DNA of 20,744 nt, taken from Myxococcota bacterium (lineage in GTDB: Bacteria > Myxococcota > XYA12-FULL-58-9 > JALHOP01). The notes beneath the pieces were generated by a model. That model worked only from the letters and a program-made list of their open reading frames with translations. It made no database searches and was not told the origin of the DNA. Below, in pieces: positions 9,607 to 17,152 of the stretch. Made by a program: the position numbers and the translations under genes. Numbering within the stretch: the stretch's first letter is position 1; each line of letters starts with the position of its first letter. The stretch spans positions 1 through 20,744 of the forward strand of contig JBGGMJ010000074.1 in assembly GCA_041288095.1 (NCBI GenBank), in the 5' to 3' direction.

Positions 9607-11229
9607 CTACAAGCGCACGTAGCGCGCCGCGACGTGTCGAGAAAACGCGGGGCTCACGAGGTGCAAGCCGTCGAGGCTTGCCACGACCTCGGTGTCGACG
9701 AGACGCGCGCCCGAGACATCGTCCACCCAGGTGACGCGATAGCGGCCGCCGCTGATCTGCGGCAAGCGAACCTCGACACCGCGCTTGGTGTCGCCGTTCG
9801 CGAGGAGCCAAACCGCGCCGCTGGAGCCATCCGCCGCGGCAAGCTGCCACACCTGCGCCCCGCCGGCGACTTCGGCGTCGAAACGGGGCGCCGCCCAGCC
9901 CTTCGGTAGCGCCTCGAGGAAGTCACGCAGCACCTTGAAGTGCATGGCGCGGCTGCGTGTCATCGGTTGATCGGAGTCGACGTTGAAGACCGGCGCCGTG
10001 TGCGACAAGACACCGGCGCCCGAGAAGATGGCGCTCCACAGACCAACGTGCGTGTGCTCGTGCGTCGCGTGGTCTTCACCCCCGTAACCGAACTCACCGC
10101 AGAGCACGGGCCTGTCGTATTCCCAGACCTCGCGCACGCGCCGGGTCATCTCGATGGCGAGGTTTGCCGGCTCGTAGAACGGCTCTCCGTAGAGATGCCA
10201 CTGCACGATGTCGTTCTCGCGCGCCTGATACCAAGCCCGCTCGTCGGCGCCGCCGATGTTCGACGACAGGCCGACCGGGCCCACCGTAATCATGTGGTCA
10301 CGCCCGTCGTGTGTCTGCGCGAAGCGCGCGAGCTCTCGCGCCCAGGGCACCCACTCGCCCTCCGGGATGGGCCCGTCCCACTCGGGCTCGTTCAAGAGGT
10401 CGACCGCCAACAGCTGCGGCGAGTAACCCCAGCGCGCCAGCACGTAACGCAAGCGCTCCGCCGCGTGTGCGCGCGCCGTCTTGTCCGTGAAGAAGTCCTG
10501 CGGCTTTTCGGCCGGCCCGCCGCGCTCCTTGCTGTAGGGATTGTCGTGCCAGCTCTTCCAAGTTTCGCCTTCGGTGAAGCCGACCGCGAAGAGCGTGAGA
10601 ATCACGTGCACGTCGTTCTCCTCGGCGGCCCGCATGATGGCGTCGAAGCGGCGCGCCGTCGCGGAGTCGAACTGACCGAGCTTGGTCTCGAGCGCGCCGA
10701 GCTGAACACCGCCTTCACACTCCTCGCATTCGGTGTCCGTGAAAACGAACACTCGAAGCGTCGTCATGCCGTAGCTCGCCATGCGTGCCACGTACTCCGG
10801 ACCACCCAGCGCCTCGACGTTCCAGCTGGGGTCGTAAACGTTGATGCGGTTCTCGCCGAGCATGAAAAACGTCGATCCATCCTCGCGCACCAAGCGGCGC
10901 GGCTCTTTCGGATCGCGTTTCACCGGCCCCGAACGCGACGAGGGCGACGCGACGAAGCCGCCGCGCAAAACGTCCGTGTCGCCACGGCGGACGACGAAGG
11001 TGTGGTCGCCCAGCTCCCGCGGAGCGAGACGCACGAAGGTGTCATTCCCTTCGTCGTAGCTCTCGACGCGCACCGACGCGCCGCTCGGAGTCCAGACCTC
11101 GGCCACCGCCGGTTCGGCGCCCGCTCGGCGCGGCATGCGCAGCTGCAACATGCCGTAGCGCTCGACCTGCCCGTACTCGCGCGACGGAACACACGCCCCG
11201 ACCGCCAAGATCAACAAGACACAACGCAT
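9607..11229 (-). CDS. clan GH-A (GH5-like) glycoside hydrolase, predicted lipoprotein
   Basis: Signal MRCVLLILAVGAC. Acid/base motif LLNEP (E281), WHLY, nucleophile motif LCGEFGY (E379), and YVLARWGYSP. Small N- and C-terminal beta domains. ATG 11229 is 2 nt past the upstream gene's stop. Confidence 0.8.
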   Translation of the reverse strand: MRCVLLILAVGACVPSREYGQVERYGMLQLRMPRRAGAEPAVAEVWTPSGASVRVESYDEGNDTFVRLAPRELGDHTFVVRRGDTDVLRGGFVASPSSRSGPVKRDPKEPRRLVREDGSTFFMLGENRINVYDPSWNVEALGGPEYVARMASYGMTTLRVFVFTDTECEECEGGVQLGALETKLGQFDSATARRFDAIMRAAEENDVHVILTLFAVGFTEGETWKSWHDNPYSKERGGPAEKPQDFFTDKTARAHAAERLRYVLARWGYSPQLLAVDLLNEPEWDGPIPEGEWVPWARELARFAQTHDGRDHMITVGPVGLSSNIGGADERAWYQARENDIVQWHLYGEPFYEPANLAIEMTRRVREVWEYDRPVLCGEFGYGGEDHATHEHTHVGLWSAIFSGAGVLSHTAPVFNVDSDQPMTRSRAMHFKVLRDFLEALPKGWAAPRFDAEVAGGAQVWQLAAADGSSGAVWLLANGDTKRGVEVRLPQISGGRYRVTWVDDVSGARLVDTEVVASLDGLHLVSPAFSRHVAARYVRL

Positions 11230-11231
11230 CG

Positions 11232-12332
11232 CTAACCTTGAAGAGATTCGTGGATGGCGAGGAGCTCGTCGACGCGATGAGCACACGTATGGCGCTCTTG
11301 CACCGTCGCCCTGCCTCGGGTCGCCAACGCCGCGGCCATATCGGTGTCCGAAAGCAGGTCGCGCAGGTGGCGCATCATGGCGCGCGTGTCCTCGGCGACC
11401 AGGTAGTCCTTGCCGGGGGTGAAGAGGCCCTCGGTGTCGTCCCACGGCCCGCTGATCACCGGGATACCGCAAGCAAGCGCCTCGAAGAGACGCCCTTTCG
11501 GCACGCCGGGAATCGGCTGCGATGGCGGCACGTAGACGGTGGCATAATGCTGCGCATAGGACTCCGGCAACGCGTAGCCCGGCACCCAACCGCGATAGCG
11601 GATATCCGCGGCCAAGAGCTCATCAGCGAGCTTCGCTGGGTATCCCGCGCCGCAGACATCCGCATCAAGCCCCAGCTGTTTGATGGGCTCGATGACGAGC
11701 TCGTGAATGGCGGCATCACGGTTGGCGTCGTTCGCCCAGTTACCCACATAAACGAGGTCGCGCTTCATCATTTCGCCGGTCGTCGTCCGCGAGAGCAGCG
11801 GCTTGAAGATGCGCACGTCGGCGGCTTCGTGCCAGGTCCACGCCGCCTTCGCCCACCCGTGTTTTTCGTGTGCGACGCGCAAAGCTTCGCCGGTCGCGAG
11901 CACGCCGTCATACTCAGACAGGTCGAAGTCGCTCATGCTTGCCGGGTTGGTCAACGCGCGGTGATGGGTGTCGTGAAAGTACGCGCGCATGAAATGGCTG
12001 GTCTTGCGCTTCTCACCCACGCGCTTGATCAGCTCGGGTTCGTTCCACTGGTGCACCAAGACGAGGTCCGCGTCCTTGAGAGCGACATCGACGTCGAGCG
12101 TCGTCGGCATGTAGCGGATGATGTCGAGCGCTGGGTAGAGCCGCAGCACCGCCTCGATGGGATGGGGACCAGCCGCCTTCATTAGACCTTCGACGCTACG
12201 GCTGTTTCGAGGCTCGTAGCAGACGACCCGATGGCCGCGCGCCGCGAGCTCGGTCACCACTCCACGCAGAAAATGCGCACCGTCGTTGTGCCAATCGGAC
12301 AACAACGAGTGAACGAACAGGACGACACGCAT
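11232..12332 (-). CDS. CgeB/YkvP-family GT-B glycosyltransferase
   Basis: N-terminal HSLLSDWHNDGAHFLRG, plus FHDTHHR, WHEAAD, DLVYVGNW, RLFEALACGIPVIS and HTCAHRVDEL, typical of CgeB-family proteins. Confidence 0.88.
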   Translation of the reverse strand: MRVVLFVHSLLSDWHNDGAHFLRGVVTELAARGHRVVCYEPRNSRSVEGLMKAAGPHPIEAVLRLYPALDIIRYMPTTLDVDVALKDADLVLVHQWNEPELIKRVGEKRKTSHFMRAYFHDTHHRALTNPASMSDFDLSEYDGVLATGEALRVAHEKHGWAKAAWTWHEAADVRIFKPLLSRTTTGEMMKRDLVYVGNWANDANRDAAIHELVIEPIKQLGLDADVCGAGYPAKLADELLAADIRYRGWVPGYALPESYAQHYATVYVPPSQPIPGVPKGRLFEALACGIPVISGPWDDTEGLFTPGKDYLVAEDTRAMMRHLRDLLSDTDMAAALATRGRATVQERHTCAHRVDELLAIHESLQG

Positions 12333-12384
12333 GGCGCAGCTACCATCGCCGCGCGGGTCACGCCGGGCAAGACGTCGGCGAGAC

Positions 12385-13038
12385 TTAGTTCAATGCCGCG
12401 TGGCGGGCGCGCCAGACCTCGATGGCCCAGGCGTCGCTCTCGATGTAGTCCCGGGCGATCACTGCCGTGGGCTTGGCCACGGCTTCCTCGTGCGCGATGA
12501 CGCTTCGCAGCTCCCGCACCATGGTCGCGAGCTCGACATCGTCGCCGCTGGCGTTGGCGCTTTGCGGTTTTTTTACGCCGAGGCCGAGCATCGAGCGGAC
12601 GCCGGCATCGACGTCGCGGGCAAGCTCGTCGCGTTTCGCCGAAACATCGAACGCGAGGCGGTGACTGATGCTGCCGTCACGGACATCGATCATGCGGAGG
12701 GCCACGGCGACGAGCTCACCCCGCTTGGCGACCTCGCCGATGACCACGAAATCGACTTGCAGGAGCCGACCCAAGCGCGCGGCACACCGCTGTTGCGGAC
12801 ATGCCGAGCTCGGGCTCACGTTCTGCATGGCGCGAACGACGTCAGAGCGAACCAAGCGAAACAGTCCGCTGGTCTCGAAGCTGCTGCGAACCTCGGAGGC
12901 GATGGCGTCGCGTGTCGGCGCCAGCTCTTCGGAGGCGGCGATGCCGGAGATGGCGATGCGCGGCGCCGGGGCGCCCTGGGCAACGGCCACGGGGGCGAGA
13001 ATGCTGATGAAAGCCAAAAGTACTGATGCGCTACGCAC
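12385..13038 (-). CDS. secreted hypothetical protein, possible CsgG/LpoB/TolB-N-like alpha/beta domain
   Basis: GTG start with GAGGTG upstream. Signal peptide ends AVA-Q. Pattern CPQQRCAARLGRLLQVDFVVIGEV...LRMIDVRDG resembles CsgG/LpoB-like folds. Confidence 0.65.
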   Translation of the reverse strand: MRSASVLLAFISILAPVAVAQGAPAPRIAISGIAASEELAPTRDAIASEVRSSFETSGLFRLVRSDVVRAMQNVSPSSACPQQRCAARLGRLLQVDFVVIGEVAKRGELVAVALRMIDVRDGSISHRLAFDVSAKRDELARDVDAGVRSMLGLGVKKPQSANASGDDVELATMVRELRSVIAHEEAVAKPTAVIARDYIESDAWAIEVWRARHAALN

Positions 13039-13078
13039 GGATACACCTCGGACTTAGCGTCTTGGCGGTCTACGAGAG

Positions 13079-13105
13079 TTATCGGCCCGTCACGGCCGAA
13101 GTTGC
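13079..13105 (-). promoter_or_regulatory. sigma28 (FliA/SigD)-type promoter
   Basis: Minus strand reads GCAA-N15-GCCGATAA: exact -10 octamer (13079-13086) and canonical spacing relative to TAAA-N15-GCCGATAA. Intergenic, 40 nt upstream of GTG 13038. Confidence 0.7.
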
Positions 13106-13117
13106 TCCGCCAGCGCG

Positions 13118-14554
13118 TCAGAACAGGACGATTCCGTCTTCGGGGGCCGCTGGCGCCTCGGAAAGCTGCTTTTGCACGAAGCGCGATTCCGCCGCGGCGA
13201 TGGTCTTGGCTGCGCGGTTGTCGACCCGTCGCGCCAGCACCTGACCAGTCTCCGTGAACATACAAACGTCGAGCGGCGCCTGCCCGCCCAGCAAATGGGC
13301 CGTGAGCGGGATGTTCTCGGTGGCGAGGAACTCGCGGATGAAGGCGATGTTCTTGGCCGGGACGCTCGAGCTCATGGTGTCGAGCACGTGCGCGCCGCCG
13401 AAGATCTTTGCCTGCAGGCGGTCACGATGCCCGCCTTGTCGCATGATGGCGTTGATGAGGAGCTCCATGGCGTGGACACCGAACCGCGCCGAGGTCGGCT
13501 CGTCGTCCCGTCCGGCGGGCAGCAAGAAGTGGTTCATGCCGCCGACCTTGGCGACGGGATCGTACAAGCAGGCGGCGATGCACGAGCCCAGGAGCGTGCG
13601 GATCGCGGTCGGCTTCTTGGTGGCAAACACCTGGCCGACGGTAATGCGACGCGCCGTATGCATCGCCTCGGAGGTCTTCGTCCAAGGCCGCTGACGCGGA
13701 CGCGGCTCCGGGTCACCCGCCTGGCGCACGTAGTACGTCGTCCCGACGCCGTGCCGGAACAGGTGCGGCATCCAATGCAGAGTCTCCGAATGGCCGAGGA
13801 TCAGCGGCGCGCCCGGCTCGAGCAGCGTCGCGAAGCGTTCGAAGAGCGAGCCCTGTGACTGCTGATCGAAGTAGATAACGACATTGCGGCAGAAGATGGC
13901 GTCGAAGCGTGTGCGCACCGGCCAACTCGCCTGGTGGAGATTGATCCGCCGCGCCACGACCATGTCGCGCAGTGCTTGAATGACGCGCAGGCGCCCGTCG
14001 GCCAGCTCTTCGAAATAGTGGTGACGCAGGTTCATCGGGATCGGCGCCACCGCTTCAGCGGAGTAGACACCGGCCGTAGCTTGCCCCAGCACCTCGGTGT
14101 CGACGTCGGACGCGAGGATACGCACGTCCCAGGTCTCGGGCCGCGGGAGCGAGGCGTGCAGCATCATGGCGATCGAATAGGGCTCTTCGCCGCTCGAGCA
14201 GCCAGCGCTCCAGATGCGAACGCGACGGCTGCCGGTGGCCTCGGCTCTGCGCACCAAGGCGGGTACGATTTCGCGCGCCAGTAGGTCGAAGTGATGCGGC
14301 TCGCGGAAGAACGACGTCTTGTTGGTCGTGACCGCGTTGATGAGGTGCTCGAGCTCTTCGTGATGCTGACGAACGTATGCGTAGTATTCGTCGTAGCCGC
14401 GCAGCATGAGTCGCCGCAGCCGCCGTTGGAGGCGGGCCGCCAAGAAGTTCTTCTTGCCGTCGTTGAGGACGATGCCGGTCTCGGCGGCGATGAGGTCGCG
14501 AAGGGCATGGAACGCCGCCGGGCCAAGCACGCGCTCTGGTACGGGGTCGCTCAC
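13118..14554 (-). CDS. cheR-cheD: CheR methyltransferase-CheD deamidase fusion
   Basis: CheR motifs TTNKTSFFRE, IWSAGCSSGEEPYS, IFCRNVVIYF and LGHSE. In the same frame, CheD motifs TLLGSC (C325), GGMNHFLLP (H342) and AKIFGGA. Confidence 0.93.
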   Translation of the reverse strand: MSDPVPERVLGPAAFHALRDLIAAETGIVLNDGKKNFLAARLQRRLRRLMLRGYDEYYAYVRQHHEELEHLINAVTTNKTSFFREPHHFDLLAREIVPALVRRAEATGSRRVRIWSAGCSSGEEPYSIAMMLHASLPRPETWDVRILASDVDTEVLGQATAGVYSAEAVAPIPMNLRHHYFEELADGRLRVIQALRDMVVARRINLHQASWPVRTRFDAIFCRNVVIYFDQQSQGSLFERFATLLEPGAPLILGHSETLHWMPHLFRHGVGTTYYVRQAGDPEPRPRQRPWTKTSEAMHTARRITVGQVFATKKPTAIRTLLGSCIAACLYDPVAKVGGMNHFLLPAGRDDEPTSARFGVHAMELLINAIMRQGGHRDRLQAKIFGGAHVLDTMSSSVPAKNIAFIREFLATENIPLTAHLLGGQAPLDVCMFTETGQVLARRVDNRAAKTIAAAESRFVQKQLSEAPAAPEDGIVLF

Positions 14555-15003
14555 GCCATGTTGCCCACGACGTCGACGTCCACGAGCCCGAAGAGCCGAT
14601 CATCGACGCGCGCGATTGCGGACAAGAATGCTTGTTCGGGTGCCATACCCGTCTCGGGAGGAGGCGTGACGGCCTCGGGTGCGATCTGGAGCACGTCGGA
14701 GACCGCGTCGACGATGAAGCCGACCGTCTTGCTCTTCAAGGCGACCAAAATGATCACAGTGAGCGGTGTGCACGCGGCGGCGGACAAGCCGAAGCGCACC
14801 CGCAGATCCACGACCGGCACGACCGCTCCACGCAGATTCATGACTCCTTTGATGTGCGGCGCCGCGTTCGGAATCGGGGTGATCGACGTGTAGCACTTGA
14901 TCTCCTGCACCCGTAGGATCTCGATGGCGTACTCTTCCTTGCCTACGACGAACGACAACACCTGCACGGGTGCCGACGCGGCTACTTGCATTTCCGTGTT
15001 CAT
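14551..15003 (-). CDS. cheW: chemotaxis coupling protein CheW
   Basis: EYAIEILRVQEI, ITPIPNAAPHIKGVMNLRGAVVPVVDLR, GFIVDAVSDV. 4-nt overlaps with both neighbours. Confidence 0.96.
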   Translation of the reverse strand: MNTEMQVAASAPVQVLSFVVGKEEYAIEILRVQEIKCYTSITPIPNAAPHIKGVMNLRGAVVPVVDLRVRFGLSAAACTPLTVIILVALKSKTVGFIVDAVSDVLQIAPEAVTPPPETGMAPEQAFLSAIARVDDRLFGLVDVDVVGNMA

Positions 15004-16646
15004 GCTTCTGCCCGCCCACGCACCAAGCTCGGTGCATCGAGAATCAACGCGACACGTCCGTCGCCCATCACCGTGGCGCCCATGATGCCGTCGACGCGCT
15101 GAAAGTTGGTATCGAGACTCTTCACGACGACCTGTTGCTCACCGAGCAGGTCGTCGACCTGGAGCGCAACGCGACGCCCTTCGTTCTCGATGATCACGAG
15201 AATCGACTCGCACGGATCACTCGCGCGAGGCGGCTGCGCGAAGAGTTGATGCAGGCGCAAGATTGGCAGGACCTGACCGCGCAACATCAGGACGTCGCCG
15301 CGACCGAGCACCGACTTCACGTCCTCGCGTCGCGGGCGCAGCGACTCAACGATCGACAGGACAGGCAGCACGTAGGTCTGCGCGCCGACCGAAAGAGACA
15401 TGCCGGAGAGCATCGCCAAGGTGAGCGGGAGCTTGATGCGCGTCGTCGTGCCGAGACCGGTCTCGCTGCTGACGGCGACGCTGCCACCGAGCGATTCGAC
15501 GATGCGCTTGACCACATCCATTCCGACGCCGCGGCCGGAGATCGTGCTCACGGCGTCAGCGGTGGAAAACCCAGGCGCGAAGATCAGGGCTTCGAGCTCC
15601 GCGCGACTCGGCTGGTCCTGCGCGCCGAGCATACCGCGCTCGATAGCGCGTTGGCGAACCTTGTCATGGTCGATGCCGCGTCCGTCATCGCGAACCTCGA
15701 TGAGCACACTGCCTCCATGCGCCTTGGCCGAGATGCGGATCTTGCCAGTCTCGACCTTCCCGGCCGCGACGCGCGCCGGTGGCGGCTCGATGCCGTGATC
15801 GATGGCGTTCCGCACCAGATGCGTCAGTGGATCGGCGAGCCGCTCGACCAAGCTCTTGTCTAGCTCGGTCTGATCGCCGTCGAGCTCGAGCGCGATCTTC
15901 TTGCCGCTCGCCGCGGCGAGGTCACGAACGAGCCGGGGAAAGCGACCGAGGACGACACCCACCGGGACCATGCGCACGCCCATGCAGTGCTCTTGCAGCT
16001 CGCGCATGCTGCGCTCGACATGACCAGCCGCTTCGCGAACCTGATGCGAAGCCCCTGCCCCTTCGCGCCGCAGCACTTCGTTGAGCATCGACTGGGCGAT
16101 CACGAGCTCGCCCACCAGGTCGACGAGCTGATCGAGCTTGATGGACGACACACGCAGAGTCGAGACATCGACCGACACATCCGCCGCAGCGGACCTTTCG
16201 GCGTCGCCGGCGACAGGCGCGTCGAACAGCTCGAAGCCTTGGTCGTTGGTGCCGGTGTCGGCTGGCGCCTCCAGGAAGGCACCCAGCGCCTGGGCCACCT
16301 CCAGCGTGTGCGCGTGAGGCTCGCCGTTGTCACGCGCCACCGCGACCAGCGCCTTGAGCACATCGACCGCGCGCAAGGCGACCCCCACGAGATCGGGCGT
16401 CACCGGCAGCACACTTGCCCGTACGCGCTCGAGGACGCTCTCGAGCGTGTGCGTGAAGCTCTCGATGGCATCGAACCCGAAGCTGCCGCTCGCGCCCTTC
16501 AGTGAGTGCGCAGCCCGGAAGATGGCGCCAACCACGGCGTCAGACGAGTCGCTCTCGAGCTTCAGGACGTTGCTCTCGAGCTCCTCGAGCCGCTCTGCCG
16601 CTTCCTCGAAGAAGACGGCGCGAAACTGCCTGAGATCGTCTTCCAT
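15000..16646 (-). CDS. cheA: chemotaxis histidine kinase CheA (short, apparently lacking P2)
   Basis: HPt FRAAHSLKG, dimerisation LVDLVGELVI, HATPase HLVRNAIDHG / DDGRGID / GFST / SGRGVGMDVV, and a C-terminal CheW-like domain ending GATVMGDGRVALILD. Confidence 0.97.
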   Translation of the reverse strand: MEDDLRQFRAVFFEEAAERLEELESNVLKLESDSSDAVVGAIFRAAHSLKGASGSFGFDAIESFTHTLESVLERVRASVLPVTPDLVGVALRAVDVLKALVAVARDNGEPHAHTLEVAQALGAFLEAPADTGTNDQGFELFDAPVAGDAERSAAADVSVDVSTLRVSSIKLDQLVDLVGELVIAQSMLNEVLRREGAGASHQVREAAGHVERSMRELQEHCMGVRMVPVGVVLGRFPRLVRDLAAASGKKIALELDGDQTELDKSLVERLADPLTHLVRNAIDHGIEPPPARVAAGKVETGKIRISAKAHGGSVLIEVRDDGRGIDHDKVRQRAIERGMLGAQDQPSRAELEALIFAPGFSTADAVSTISGRGVGMDVVKRIVESLGGSVAVSSETGLGTTTRIKLPLTLAMLSGMSLSVGAQTYVLPVLSIVESLRPRREDVKSVLGRGDVLMLRGQVLPILRLHQLFAQPPRASDPCESILVIIENEGRRVALQVDDLLGEQQVVVKSLDTNFQRVDGIMGATVMGDGRVALILDAPSLVRGRAEA

Positions 16647-16656
16647 CGCGGACCCT

Positions 16657-17028
16657 TCAGGGTTGAGGCACGAGCCTGTTGACGACGGAGAGGAGCTGGT
16701 CTGGACGGAAGGGCTTGACGACCCAGCCGGTGGCTCCGGCTTCGCGCGCGTCTTCTTTCTGTGTACCGAGCGGGTCGGTGGTGAGTAGCAATGCCGGGAC
16801 GGTCTTGGCGGCTGGACGCGCGCGCAGCTCGCGGATGAAGGTGATGCCGTCCATGACGGGCATGTTGAGGTCCGTGATCACGAGGTCGACCATCGTCTTG
16901 TCGAGCTGACGCAGAGCATCCGCGCCGTTGTCGCTCTCGAGGACTTCGAAGCCCGCCTTCTGCAGCGTGTAGACCACCATGACGCGGATGGACTTCGAAT
17001 CGTCGATCACCAGGGCTCGTCGCGTCAT
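16657..17028 (-). CDS. cheY: single-domain response regulator CheY
   Basis: VIDDS, ITDLNMPVMDG, LLTT and GWVVKPF; first gene before cheA. Start 17028 sits 9 nt after GGAG; 17034 and 17043 are alternatives. Confidence 0.92.
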   Translation of the reverse strand: MTRRALVIDDSKSIRVMVVYTLQKAGFEVLESDNGADALRQLDKTMVDLVITDLNMPVMDGITFIRELRARPAAKTVPALLLTTDPLGTQKEDAREAGATGWVVKPFRPDQLLSVVNRLVPQP

Positions 17029-17050
17029 CTTCATGGGCTCCACAACTATA

Positions 17051-17131
17051 TGAACGACGCGTTCTTGCCCGTCGTTGAGGCAACTGAGCGGCGCGCAACA
17101 GATTCAATGCCGCTGCCCCCCGTGCCGCTGA
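17051..17131. promoter_or_regulatory. divergent control region with two back-to-back degenerate sigma28-like elements
   Basis: Minus: TCAA(17078-17075)-N16-GTCGTTCA(17058-17051). Plus: TCAA(17104-17107)-N16-GCCGCTGA(17124-17131). Inverted repeat AACGACG(17053-17059)/CGTCGTT(17070-17076). Confidence 0.4.
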
Positions 17132-17152
17132 ATGAGAACGAGGAGGCGACAA

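Noticed and set aside
11230-11589. N-terminal extension of the 660-aa ORF
   Set aside because: Overlaps the glycosyltransferase in another frame. The signal peptide begins at 11229.
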